DNA of 64,000 nucleotides from Azolla caroliniana (Eukaryota > Plantae > Polypodiophyta). Of the stretch, positions 50,331 to 63,546 are shown one piece after another. The translations under genes were made by a program, and so were the position numbers. The stretch's first letter is position 1, and every line of letters starts with the position of its first letter. The stretch spans positions 620,001 to 684,000 of the forward strand of contig JBHGNT010000004.1 of NCBI GenBank assembly GCA_043228905.1, in the 5' to 3' direction. Below the pieces are notes generated by a model. That model was not told the DNA's origin, searched no databases, and saw nothing but the letters and a program-made list of their open reading frames with translations.

Positions 50331-53300
50331 TTGCGCTTATAAACTTTTTGATGAAGTTTGGTTGAAACCTTCAGCTGCAGTGTGATAGTATTAACCTATT
50401 TAGTAGATAACACATGACACATGCGTGAATGTTGTTGAACACTACCTATTTCACATAATGTAGGTTTGCACTTTCTTATGTTATTGAATGGAACATAGAT
50501 ATAAGGTGCTTGTAGAATGTATATAATTTTGGTGCTACTATTGGTGTAACGAGTTTTGAGAACTCCCTTTGGTAACTATGCCATTGCAAAATGTTACTAT
50601 GCCTTTGGAAAAGAGAGTTAAAGAAAACCGATTTCTGGCATGATGTATCACTACTTTCATGGTCTAAATTAAAACTTGTAGCATTCCCTATTGAGGAAAT
50701 GCCAGTAAAGGATCAAAGAAATTACATGGGAGATGAGAAAGGTTCTAAATCATTGCAATTAATAGCTAGATAGAGCAATGTGTAAATTATTATATATTAA
50801 TCCGAAGAAGAAAAGGAAAATCACATTTTCTAGTGAGATACAAATTCACAAATCACGGTATTGGAGTAGAAATAAGGAAAGGAACACCATCTATTACCCT
50901 AAGGTATAACTATACACCAAAGAGAAAAGGGAAGCAAGGACAAATATACCAAGTAGTCTGTGAATGTAATGAAGTTTGAATTATTTCTTTTTGCTTTGAT
51001 AGTTGGTAAATACATGCACATTTCTAAATAATCCTCTTGGGCATGAGTATAGGAACTTGAGGACAGCTCAAGAAATGTAAGCATTTGCGATTTCTATAAT
51101 ATGTATCCAAGCATGACTTTGGTAAATTAAGTTATTAACAACTTAGAGACCATTGTGCACGAACTACCTAAAAGGCCAATGAAATAGAGAAAGATCGATA
51201 TTTTGATAAATTTAAGGGTTTCGTTTGGAGAATTACCTCTTTTAAATTTTTTGAAGAACCAATAAATTAGGTGTAAATGCACCACAATTTGCATTATTGT
51301 AATTTAAGCTCCTCGATCAATGGGCTATTTACTAGAAGTATCCAAAACTTTAAACAAATTCCCAATTAACCCTTCCTATTCTTGAAATTCCTAAAGTGCC
51401 CTCCATTTTCAAATGAGACTCTTTTCCCACCCTCCTCATTCTGAGCTAATCAAGATTTCTCCCTCCAACCTAATCAATCGATTAAAATGTTTGTCTAATC
51501 ATGTTATGTATACCAACAACCAAATTGCACTATTTGATTAACGTTTTCTAATTGGTTTATTGCAACATCTCCCATTGTGTCCTTTAAGCACATTGGGTAA
51601 TTGAGATCCCTTATTTCTTGACCATAATATTTGATTGATTCATTTGACACCTAACTATTTTCACATTAGATACTCAATTGCATAATGAGAACATCTTGAT
51701 TCTTAACTAATTTACATGTTGATGTTCACAACTCCATTCCAATGTTTAAAAATGATTCTCCATTAGAAAACAAGCTTGAAAAATAGTCCCATTTGAAACT
51801 CCTAAAGCGATAGGCCATTTTGCAAATTTGGTAATGTTATTTTATATTAAATTTCAAGCCCAGTAGGCTATGATACCATATGGGAAACATCGCCCCCATG
51901 ACCTTGGTTAGGTTAATTAGGAAAGGGCTTCAAGAACACCTTAATATGTAAGTATAGAAAAATAGCAAGACATACAATCACCTTGCACTTGACTTATTTA
52001 CAAGACACTACCCTCCATAGCATAATGTGATGCTGCATGCCCATAATCTATTAAGAGTTCCTAATTAAAAGAAAATGTCCATCTATTTTTAAGAAGAAAA
52101 TGGAAATAACACAATCATACTCTTTCCCGGAATATAGGCTTTACAATAACATTTTAAACCAGGCTTCACAAAAACAATAATATACTTTGAAGTGATTGAT
52201 GTTGATTGCGTTACCAATGAGAGGAGAGTACATCTTTACATCTCAAATACATTAGTACATTTTACATGTGGGTCAGGTTCAGTGAATTTCATAACAAGTT
52301 GATTTACTATTGCGAACAACTTGTTTCGCTTGGGTTGACATGATTTTTGGCTATCGCTCGTGATATTGAAAATAAATAAAGACGAGAGCAATAAAGTGCT
52401 ACCAGATTTGTAAATTGGTTGAATCCACAAGGAATGACAAGAACAATTTAAGAGCAAGTTTAGGATGGCTTTATAGGTTGGTTGAAATGACAACTTCAAT
52501 GATGTGTGATCCATTTCAAGTTGAGCACCCATTTTGTTAAATAACGTTAAAGATAAGTAACCATCATGACAATGTCAGTGAAATCCATCCTTAATGAAAT
52601 CATTTATCATATTGATTCTAAATTGAAATTTGCAAACTTGGCCTAAACTTTCTTGCTGGACTTGAAGACAATTTAAGCTTTAGGAATGTCATTCGAGAAG
52701 TAAGCCTTTTGCAAGGGGGGTTGTTTTGGAAGGAGAAATATAAAATCTCCTACCTTCATTGCCAAATGAAAATTTCACTTCCCTATGTCATCAATTGTTG
52801 ATGTGTGGTGTAGCTTCTTCCAATGTCATCGCAACTTGATGCCAACCTTTTCATGGATTGATCAAATAGTATTGGTCTCACCAATCAAGCATTCACAAAC
52901 TAAAAGTTGTGGATTCTTGAATAAAATGATCACTAATTAGTTCAAATCAATGTTGGGATTACAATTGATATCAAGGCAAACCATGACTATGATAATCTGG
53001 CACATAAACCATGGAAGAATTTATGGGATTGACATTTATGATAATCTATTTCTCTTCCATGACAATCTACCTGTTCACATATGAGAATTTAACATTAGGT
53101 ATGAATAATACCTCATGAATCATATTATACCTTAAAGTTATTCGACAATATGCTTGTACATTGTTTACAATAGTATTGAGTGTACTTGTACAATATATTT
53201 GTAAAATGCGTACTGTAAAAACCCCAACTAATAAGCGAATGAGGTTATTGTCAAGTAGAAGAAAATCTTGATTCATTGAGAAAGAAAAAGAAATTGGCAC

Positions 53301-53874
53301 CAACAATTGGTTTTCAAGTGAACAAGAACAACAATTGGTTTTCAAGTCTAAAAATGGCGATAGCAACAAGAACATGACATTATATTTTCGTCGTTTTATA
53401 ATGCTTAGATGTACATGTATGTTTAATCTAGGATGCATTGTGATACATTGGACTTACTTTTGAGTTATATTTGTTATCCTCAATTGAAGAATTCCTAGTT
53501 ACATGTGCATATATTTATTCATTTATAGTTATTTTTTTTGTCCCAACTCTCCATTTATGTGATTCATTTGTAGGATGGATATACATGAGATACATTTTTT
53601 GTAATGCCAATGCGAAGGCAAGTGCATAGGTTAGTGGTTAGATATTATTGAGAGTCGAACTCGACCTCCCATAGTAATAGGTTTCACACTAGCTCATGGA
53701 CATACCAGGCTAGTTTTGTAAATAGTAGGAAGGACACTTACCCTAGCTTAGTTGGTATTTAAACCAACCCCTTGTAACTTAGTTATTGTTGGAAGTATTT
53801 TGGTTAATGTAACATAAAGTCTTTAATCTCTGTCTTAAGCTCTCTCTCTCTCTCTGTGTGTGTTTTGCCTTACG

Positions 53875-54044
<170 letters not shown>

Positions 54045-54919
54045 CCTTCCGCTGCATCTCAACCACTCTTGCTCCTCATTTCTTTACATGGTATCAGAGC
54101 GTGTGGTTGCTTAATCGAATCTATTCAATTGTGTTGTGGTACACCCCAACGATCAACAGAATTGACTCATCAACAGAGAAGAAATCGACATAATGAACAC
54201 TCAGATGGGAATCGCTCTTCCTACCGAGAAGCTTGATAGAACAAATTTCGCATCTTGGGAATACAAGATGCATCAATACATTGTCGGACAAGGTTACTGG
54301 AGCTACATTGAAGGAGCTCACGAAACTCAACCCAACCCAACACATGCAGACTATCCCGCTTGGGAGCAGGCCGCAAGCCATGTGTTGTATTGCCTTGCAT
54401 CATGCATTCATGATCATATGCTTGGCTATATTCGAGATTCGAAAACACTGAAAGAAGCTTGGGGAAATCTCAAGAAGATTTTTGTGGCCAACACTGTTGC
54501 ACGAAAGCTCCAACTTCGACAAGAGCTAAACAACATGCAACAGAGGGACATGTCGATCACCGGCTATACCTTAAAGATCAAGGAGCTGTGCAATGCCCTC
54601 GGTTCAATTAATGTCATAAACGACGATGACGAGATGGTGCAAATATGCCTCAGCGTCTTAGCACCCCGATTTGGCTCGATTAGATCGGCCATCCTTGCAA
54701 GGGAGGACCCTCCTTCATTTTTCGATCTCCAATCAATATTGTTGATTGAGGAAAATCATGCCCGACACAGGAGCAACACACCAGAGAGTCATATGCTCTA
54801 CTCACAGTCGGATGATAGAAAAAATTTGGGCTGTGGAAATAGAGGTCAATTCGAACAAGGCCGTAATGGTCGGCAGACTCAAGAGTGTAACTTCCACCAA
54901 TGGCAAGCGGACAGGAACG

Positions 54920-57900
54920 TGTCGAATACCTGTGTATAATGGACGTATTCACACCATCCCGTTTTGGTCATTTATGTAATTAGCATAAAGGGCAGTTGCC
55001 CTAAGTCGGTCACTATATATAGTGACCTTGTAACCTCTTTGTGAGGTTGGTTGTTGTATGGTTGCTCTATGAAATAAGAAACTCTTTTGTGTCTCTCTCT
55101 CTCTCTCTCTCTCTGTGCAACGACCTACATTCTGTCATACACAGGGAATAAACAGGAATCGAGTGCTTCAAGATCTTCCGCACAGACGACATTGCTTCCA
55201 ACATCTGGTATCAGAGCCTGCACAGTAGTCGGTTCTTCAATCCGCTGTCGGCCGTCGTCTCTGCATTCGGTTCCCTGCGTCATTCGAAGAAGAGAGAAGA
55301 AGAAGAAAAACCAGGTTTGCATCTCATCGCGTTAGATCATCTTTGTTTGGAGTAAGCCAGCAGGTTGTACTCCGCTCCCCGTGATCGTAACCGCTCGAGG
55401 TGAAATCCCCTTGTGCAACCCTGACAACAACCCAAATTCATGCTTCATCTGGCTGATTGACATTCGGGAGGATCAGTCGGATCCGTCTCTCTCGTCGCTG
55501 CAGTCAACCGAAGCAAAATCGGTTCAGATAATCGGTTTTAATAATCGGTATTCGGCATATATATCCGAAACGAACCGGGCTCACTCCGACTCGGCAACAT
55601 TCGGGAAGACCAGTCGGTTCTGTCCCTCAAGTTACCGGAGTCAATTCGAGCAAGTTCCGAAGCCGAACCGACTCGGGTTCAAATCCGACTAGAACGATAT
55701 CGGGTGAGCCAACCGGCTGCACTCCAACAAGGTTCGTAGTCAACTCCGAACCGAGCTTCGTCAACTGAAACCGAATTTGATGGCATCAACATCCGGCTCG
55801 TCAGAAATGAGTCTACGAAAGTTCGATGGATCGAACTTCAACTTCTGGAAGGAACAAATGCAGGACTATCTCATAGTCAAGGGGCAGATCGATCCCATCG
55901 AAAATGAAGAACCTCCAGAAGGATTCAAACCAATTGAGTGGCAGAAGCTGGACAGAATCGTCCGCGCCACGATTCGGATGCACCTATCGGAATCGGTATA
56001 CTTTACGGTGCAATCGTGTACGACAGCATTCGAACTGTGGAAAACGCTGTCGGACACTTACGAAAAGAAGGTCGCCGCAACAAAGATGTTTCTGATCCGG
56101 CGCCTCTACAACTTGCGGATGAAAGAATCCGATTCGGTTCAAGCACACCTCAATGAGTACGAAAGCATAAGCTCCCAAATCTCGTCACAGGGGACGGCAA
56201 TCGAGGATGAGCTCAGAGCAATGATACTCATGAGCAGCCTTCCCTCATCATGGGAAACTTTCGTCACAACTGTGTGCAACGCGTCAACCACGGCTGTTAA
56301 ATACTCCGAAGTCACGAGCGCAATCCTGACCGAAGCAGCTCGGAGAAAGTCTTTTGCCAAAGACTCAACGGACGACGCTTACGTAGTACAAGGTTCGACA
56401 GACCGATCGAACATACGAGGAAGAGATTCCTCACGACCGCCGAACAATCAGCGAAGACGGAGCCAGTCACGGGATAACCGAACCTGCAACTATTGCAAGA
56501 AACCCGGACACATCAAAGCCGACTGCCGCGCACTCAAGAACAAGAACAACAAGAAGAGTGGCCGGCATGAGGAGGTCAACTACGTCAGCTTCTCAGCTGA
56601 TGTGCTACCAGACGACCCGAATATACTATCAATCGAAAATCCAGTCGGATCAGAAGTTCTACTCACGACTGAAGAGTCGAGCACATGGCTCTTAGATTCG
56701 GGCGCGTCGTTTCACGTGACTCCTCATCGATCCCAATTTCGGCAATATACGATCCGTCACTCCGACTCAGTTCGAGTCGGTAACTCGCAACACTGCGACA
56801 TCATCGGAATCGGCACAGTAGAGCTCAACCTTGCAGGTGGCTCAACACTTGTACTCCACAATGTCCGACATGTACCCGAGCTCTCAAGGCCATTGATCTC
56901 AGTCGGACAACTAGATGAAGACGGCATTTGTGCCGGTTTTTCTTCGGGAGGGTGGACACTCCACAGGGGGAACCTCCTGCTTGCTAGAGGACCTAAAATA
57001 CACTCATTGTATCCGCTACATGTTACGCTCAGAGAGGGTAACCTGTTTTTGGTGGATATTCCTGTGTCATCACTATGGCACCGAAGATTAGGACACCTCA
57101 GCAAGGCCGGCATCACGCACCTATCCAGAGCCGGGTACATCCCCAAACTCTCCTTCTCCGACCATCAATTCTGCGAGCATTGCCAGTATGGCAAACAAGT
57201 AGCCGCATCACACCCGACATCAGCACCAAAAGAAACGAGACCTCTCGATTTAGTCCATTCGGACGTCTGTGGCCCAATGCCGCATCAGTCTCTAGGCGGT
57301 GCCTCTTACTTCGTCAGTTTTATTGACGATTCGACTCGAAAGGTGTGGGCTTATCCGATTCGCACCAAAGATCGTGTCTTCTCGATCTTCTCAGATTGGC
57401 TCGCTATGGTAGAAAATCAAACCGACCGAAAGCTGAAATGCCTTCGGACAGACAATGGGGGAGAGTTCAAATCCGATGAATTCGTCAAATTCTGCCGACA
57501 ACGCGGCATCCGACGTGAATTTACGGCACCACACAGTCCGGAGCAAAACGGGATTGCAGAACGAATGAATCGGACGATCCAAGAAAGGATAGTTTCCATG
57601 CTCCAACACTCCGGACTGTCGGATGGCTTCTGGGCAGAGGCTCTACTCACGGCAGTACACATAATCAATATGTCGCCAAGTAGACCTCTAGGACTTCAAA
57701 TTCCTCAGGAACTATGGATCGGCAGTAAGCCGAATTACGACAAGCTGAGGATCTTCGGATGCGAGGCGTACGCCCTTATTCCGAAAGATGATCGCCGAAA
57801 ACTTGCACCTCGGTCCAGGAAATGCATTTTCCTTGGATATGGATCAGACGGCGAAATGGGATACCGACTCTGGGACCCCGAACGCAGACAAATCGTCCGA

Positions 57901-60270
57901 AGTTCGGACGTTGTGTTCAACGAGTCGGCTATGAACCCATCAGTCGAAAAACCAATCGAAGTCCGAAGGGTAACATTCTCCGATGTGCCGACCCTTCAAG
58001 AAGGCCCCGCTCTCAACACACGGTCAGCTTCACGGGTAGCTGAACCTTATACTACCGACTCGGACAACTCTGACTCGGCACAGCCGAATGTTTCGGTTTC
58101 GGACCATCCGACCTCGATACCCGATGCGACCAATCCAATCATACCTCGACGATCCGAGAGACTGTCGCAACCTCCGGAGAGGTATTCTCCTGGAATTTTC
58201 TTCACCGACGCCGGCGAACCGACGTCTTACGAAGAAGCATCGACATCTGTCGATTCGGCCACCTGGCATCTGGCGATGGAGTCGGAAATGCACTCCATCC
58301 GTGCAAACAAGACTTGGGATCTGGTCGAATTACCTAGGAACCGACGTGCTCTTCCTTGCAAGTGGGTTTATCGACTAAAAGAGACGTCTGATTCGACCAC
58401 CCCAAAGTACAAGGCCAGATTAGTTGCGAAGGGCTTCCGACAAGAATATGGCGTCGACTTCGACGAGATTTTTTCACCAGTGGTGAAAATGACAACCCTT
58501 CGTTTTCTGCTCGGCGTCGTGGCAGCCGACAACTTGGAGCTGATTCAGCTAGATGTCAAAACAGCCTTCCTCCATGGTGATCTCGAGGAGGAAATTTATA
58601 TGGAGCAGCCAAAAGGCTTCGTGGCAACTGGCCAAGAACATCTAGTCTGCCGACTCAGGAAGAGTCTATACGGCCTCAAACAGGCACCGCGACAATGGTA
58701 CAAGAAGTTCGACGACTTCATCCAATCGATCGGCTTCTCCAAAAGCGATGAGGACCATTGTCTCTTCACCAACACAGCTCAAGATGGATCACCCATCTTC
58801 CTCATCATTTACGTGGACGACATGCTAATTTCTGGACGCCACGCGGGCGAACTTGCCGATCTCGTTCGGCAACTGCGGTTGAAGTTTGCCATGAAGGACC
58901 TCGGTCCGGCACGACACATCCTTGGCATGAAGATTAGTCGGCATCGCAATACACGACATCTTTTTTTGTCTCAGACCGACTATATCGGACGTGTCTTGGA
59001 ACGCTTCAACATGCAATCAGCCAAATCTGCTTCAACCCCACTCCCTATGAATCTTCGGCTCTCTCAGCGAGACTGCCCGACATCCGGTTCGGAGGGGGAA
59101 GATATGAAGTCGGTACCGTATGCACCGGCATTCGGCTCCCTTATGTACCTGATGGTCGTGACACGGCCTGACATCTCTCATGCCGTAGGAGTCGTTAGCA
59201 GATTTATGCACAATCCTGGCCGATCGCATTGGAACGCAGTCAAGCATGTGTTCAGATATCTGGCTGGCACAAAAGATCACGGCATTCTTTTCGGTCCGAA
59301 CCGAACCTCAGGCGTAGTCGGTTACACCGACTCGGACTTCGCCGGCTGTATAGACAGTCGGAAATCAACAACCGGATACTGCTTCAAATTCGGCAATGGA
59401 GCAATCTCGTGGAAGTCGAAACTTCAGGAGTGCACAGCGACCTCAACGACCGAAGCAGAATATGTAGCTGCGTCCGACGCAGCAAAAGAAGCTTTGTGGC
59501 TCGGTCGGCTGGCGCACACGTTTCGACAAGTCGAACATGACTCGGCTCCAGTTGTCTACAGCGACAGTCAAGGTGCTGTTGCCTTGTCGAAAAATCCGGT
59601 TCACCACAACGCCTCCAAACATATCGACGTTCGATATCACTTCGTTCGGGACTGCGTCATTTCAGGGAAAATCGGTCTAGAGAAAATATCCACAACCGAC
59701 AATGTCGCAGATGGAATGACCAAGTGTCTTTCGGCAGACCGTTTTCGGTCTCTTCGGCATCAGATGGGCGTAACGACAAACCAGTCCGGTTAGAGCCGGA
59801 CACAGAGCAGGATGGTTCCCGACAACCGACATCAGTTCCTTAATGATCGGCTTCAACTGTTCCGACCCGACCAGTTCGGTCTTCTGCCTTCGGACCCTGC
59901 CGACTCGAACAAAGCTGATATGTCCGAGAACCTAAGTCTATACCTGTAACCTTAGATAACCCATGTATACGCCCATTACGGGGGAGTGTCGAATACCTGT
60001 GTATAATGGACGTATTCACACCATCCCGTTTTGGTCATTTATGTAATTAGCATAAAGGGCAGTTGCCCTAAGTCGGTCACTATATATAGTGACCTTGTAA
60101 CCTCTTTGTGAGGTTGGTTGTTGTATGGTTGCTCTATGAAATAAGAAACTCTTTTGTGTGTCTCTCTCTCTCTCTCTCTCTGTGCAACGACCTACATTCT
60201 GTCATACACAGGGAATAAACAGGAATCGAGTGCTTCAAGATCTTCCGCACAGACGACATTGCTTCCAACA
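54920..60270 (+). mobile_element. Intact young Ty1/Copia LTR retrotransposon (Tnt1/Tork-like), 5351 bp
   Basis: LTRs 54920-55203 and 59987-60270 (284 bp each, TG...CA, one mismatch found by eye), TSD GAACG (54915-54919, 60271-60275), PBS TGGTATCAGAGCC 55206-55218 and PPT GGGGGAG 59980-59986. Confidence 0.97.
55780..59793 (+). CDS. Copia Gag-Pol polyprotein (Gag, CCHC, protease, integrase, RT, RNase H)
   Basis: Uninterrupted 1337-aa ORF from ATG 55780: CNYCKKPGHIKADC, WLLDSGAS, WHRRLGH..CEHC, HSDVCG/RTDNGGEF/QNGIAERMNRT, QLDVKTAFLHG, IYVDDML, YTDSDFAG and KHIDVRYHF. Confidence 0.96.
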   Translation: MASTSGSSEMSLRKFDGSNFNFWKEQMQDYLIVKGQIDPIENEEPPEGFKPIEWQKLDRIVRATIRMHLSESVYFTVQSCTTAFELWKTLSDTYEKKVAATKMFLIRRLYNLRMKESDSVQAHLNEYESISSQISSQGTAIEDELRAMILMSSLPSSWETFVTTVCNASTTAVKYSEVTSAILTEAARRKSFAKDSTDDAYVVQGSTDRSNIRGRDSSRPPNNQRRRSQSRDNRTCNYCKKPGHIKADCRALKNKNNKKSGRHEEVNYVSFSADVLPDDPNILSIENPVGSEVLLTTEESSTWLLDSGASFHVTPHRSQFRQYTIRHSDSVRVGNSQHCDIIGIGTVELNLAGGSTLVLHNVRHVPELSRPLISVGQLDEDGICAGFSSGGWTLHRGNLLLARGPKIHSLYPLHVTLREGNLFLVDIPVSSLWHRRLGHLSKAGITHLSRAGYIPKLSFSDHQFCEHCQYGKQVAASHPTSAPKETRPLDLVHSDVCGPMPHQSLGGASYFVSFIDDSTRKVWAYPIRTKDRVFSIFSDWLAMVENQTDRKLKCLRTDNGGEFKSDEFVKFCRQRGIRREFTAPHSPEQNGIAERMNRTIQERIVSMLQHSGLSDGFWAEALLTAVHIINMSPSRPLGLQIPQELWIGSKPNYDKLRIFGCEAYALIPKDDRRKLAPRSRKCIFLGYGSDGEMGYRLWDPERRQIVRSSDVVFNESAMNPSVEKPIEVRRVTFSDVPTLQEGPALNTRSASRVAEPYTTDSDNSDSAQPNVSVSDHPTSIPDATNPIIPRRSERLSQPPERYSPGIFFTDAGEPTSYEEASTSVDSATWHLAMESEMHSIRANKTWDLVELPRNRRALPCKWVYRLKETSDSTTPKYKARLVAKGFRQEYGVDFDEIFSPVVKMTTLRFLLGVVAADNLELIQLDVKTAFLHGDLEEEIYMEQPKGFVATGQEHLVCRLRKSLYGLKQAPRQWYKKFDDFIQSIGFSKSDEDHCLFTNTAQDGSPIFLIIYVDDMLISGRHAGELADLVRQLRLKFAMKDLGPARHILGMKISRHRNTRHLFLSQTDYIGRVLERFNMQSAKSASTPLPMNLRLSQRDCPTSGSEGEDMKSVPYAPAFGSLMYLMVVTRPDISHAVGVVSRFMHNPGRSHWNAVKHVFRYLAGTKDHGILFGPNRTSGVVGYTDSDFAGCIDSRKSTTGYCFKFGNGAISWKSKLQECTATSTTEAEYVAASDAAKEALWLGRLAHTFRQVEHDSAPVVYSDSQGAVALSKNPVHHNASKHIDVRYHFVRDCVISGKIGLEKISTTDNVADGMTKCLSADRFRSLRHQMGVTTNQSG

Positions 60271-63200
60271 GAACGGTCCCAGAGAGTTCATCAGAAGGGG
60301 GAGTCATCATGCCGGACCAAGCAATCGTAATACCCCGATCAAATGTGGGTACTGTGGAAAACACGCCACTATGAAGAGGAGTGCCGGAAAAAGGTACGAG
60401 ACTTGGCTTCAACTAGCCGATAGCTCACGAACTACGCATCGAACTCCGACTACGACAATCGTAGCGGAATGTTCACGAATTACACATCGAATTCTGACTA
60501 CGACGATCGTAGTAGAATGTTTACAAATTATGCCACGAATTCCGACTATGAAGACCATGGCGGAATGTTCGTAATGAGGCACAAAGCATACTCGATGTCA
60601 GCACGGGCCTCAACTAGCACCTCTGCCTCAAATAACGTATGGTTTGTTGACTCGGGAGCATCCAACCACATGACGTCTCATGAAGATTGGTTTCGAGAAT
60701 TATGAAAACCCGAACGACCCGGATATGTCGAGACAGGCGATGACACGACTCATCCAATACAGCATATCGGGAACGTCCCATTCGGAAACAATGACAAACA
60801 AACCGATCTCAAGAACGTACTACATGTCCTGACCATCCCGAAAAACTTGGTTTCGGTCGGCCAGATTGTTGAACAAGGAATGCAGGTCCGATTCAACAAC
60901 GACGGGTGTTTTATCGAAAGGGGCGGACAAGTCGTAGCCCACGGTCGACGAGAAGGCCGTATGTTTAGCCTCGAATTGAATGAGGTAAAGTCAGCCATGT
61001 TCACAAAGGGCCATAAAGTCAAAATCGACATAAATATGTGGCACAAGAGAATCGGCCACATCAATCTCCAAAATCTCCAGAACATGCAATTGAAAGGAGT
61101 CGTAATCGGACTCCTGAATTTTACGGCGAAGGAGGTTATGGGCATATGCGAAGCATGCCAATTCGGAAAACAACGCCATCACCCATTCCCAAAGGAGTGG
61201 AATGTGAGCAAAGGAATCTTGGATGTCATACATTCAGATGTATGGGGACTGACCTAGATAGCCACATTCGGCGGATGCTGATACTATGTCACGTTCATCA
61301 ACAACTTCTCCAGGAATACCTGGATCTACCTGATGGAACAAAAGAGAAAAGTGTTTAGATACTTCCAGAGATTCAAAGCCAAAGTCGAAAAAGCTACGGG
61401 TCGGCACGTACGCGGCCTTCGATCGGATGAAACGAAGGAATCCGATGAGAATTCTCATGCTGTCACACACCTCTGCAGAACGACGTAGTTGAGCGTAAAA
61501 ACCGACACATAGTAGAAGTCGCACGGGCTATGATGAATGAGAAGAACCTACCGAAATCGTACTGGGCAGGAGCGTCGAACACAGTTGTATACCTCATGAA
61601 TAGGTGCACAACCTCGGGAGTACACGACGTAACTCCTCATGAGAAGTTCTTTGGAAAGAAGCCGGACTTATCACATGTCCACATTTTCGGCGCAATCGCT
61701 TACGTACATATTCCCGACGATACACAACAAAAGCTCAACCCGAAGTTGGAGAAATGTATCCTCGTAGGATACTCACTCGAACAGAAGGGGAACAAATGCT
61801 ACAACCCATCTACCCGAAAAGCTCGCGTAAGTCAAGATGTCGTTTTCGACGAGTACGCATCTTGGTACGCACCAGAAACAACTTCGAATTTGAATCCGCT
61901 CGACCTAGAATCCGCCGAAATGGAGATAGAAGACGAAGATCAGCTCACGTGTATGTTTGAAGAAAGCCCGATTACGACACGACTTAGTGGACCACGGGAG
62001 CCCCCGAGTGACCAAAGCACATTTCGATCAAGCCGGAAACTCGACAAAGGGAAGGCCAAGATGTCCGAATATGAAGATCTGTGAAAAGAACCCTATAAGC
62101 CGCTTCGGCTACAACGATTATATGGCGTACCATTATGCCTTCATGATGAAGGTAGCGTCAGTACTAGAGCTGGAGATGCTTTCCGAAGCTGTAAAGGATC
62201 CACGATGGGTTGATGCGATGCATGAGGAAATGGAAGCATTATTCAAAAATGAGACATGGGATCTCGTCCCTCACACATCGCACAAGAAAGCGATTGGCTG
62301 TCGATGGATTTACAAAGTGAAATACAATGCCGATGGCTTCGTAAATCGCTTCAAAGCACGGCTCGTTGTGAAAGGATACGCGCAAACGCACGGCGTAGAC
62401 TACGAAGAGACCTTTGCCCCGGTGGCAAAGATGACCACCGTGCGGACCGTAATTGCTCTTGCAGCAACAAAAGGGTGGCACCTCCACCAGTGATGTGAAA
62501 ACCGCCTTCCTCCAAGGAGAATTAGAAGAGAAAGTATATATGATTCAACCACCCGAATTTGAATCGCGTAGTCATTCGCACGTCGTATGCCGCCTCAAAC
62601 AAGCACCCCGTGTGTGGCACTCGAAGATCACGCAACATCTTCATCAGATCAGATTTCGAATGTCAAAATCCAATACTTCCCTGTACATCCGAAACGAGTC
62701 GGATAGCTCGATTGTCATCATCCTTTACATGGATGATTTGCTCATTAGAGGAAAGGATCTCGACGAGATTAACAAAGTCAAATCACTTCTCTTCGTCAGA
62801 TTCGGAATGAAAGACCTGCACGAGCTCCATTACTTCCTAGGCATTGAAGTAATTTAGACACCAGTCGGAATAATGATCTCTTAACGGCACTACGTTCTCA
62901 ACTTGCTCTAAAAGTTCGGAATGACCGAATGCAAACATGTGTCCACCCCTCTTGATTGTAATCTCAAGATGGATGCGGATTCCAACACAACTGTGTGCGA
63001 GTCAACTCAGTATCGTCAACTAATCGACAACTTAATCTATCCCACCATCACGCGATCTGATCTTAGTTATTCGGTCGGCCTTCTTAGCCAATTCATGTAG
63101 AATCCGCGAAACCTTCATCTCGATTGCGCTAAGAGGATACTCCGGTATGTCAGTAGTACGATGGATTACGACATTATGTATAAGTCAAATACGACCATTC

Positions 63201-63546
63201 GACTCGAAGGATACACAGACACGGACTAGGTAGGCTACAAAGCGGATAGACGATCCACATCCGGATTCGTCTTCTTCCTCGGCAACGGAGCGATCTCTTG
63301 GAGTAGTAAGAAGCAACCGACAGTCGCACTGTCGAGCACGGAAGCCGAATACAGGGGGGTGACAGTAGCCGCATGCGAAGCCGTATGGCTCAAGCTTATA
63401 CTGAAGGATCTGGGCGTTGAACCCATTACGGATCCAATTCGCCTCTTCTGTGACAACATGAGCAACATCTACCTCACTCGAAACCTCGTCTTCCACGTGC
63501 GGACTAAACACATCGAAGTGCAGTACCACTTCATGCGTGAGCGCGT

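Noticed and set aside
53650-53710. tRNA-like SINE on the minus strand
   Set aside because: It is better explained as the start of the outer Copia 5' LTR (TATTGAGAG from TGTTGAGAG).
55381-55692. Upstream ORF in the inner Copia leader
   Set aside because: It has a GTG start and no recognisable domain, which is typical of GC-rich leader sequence.
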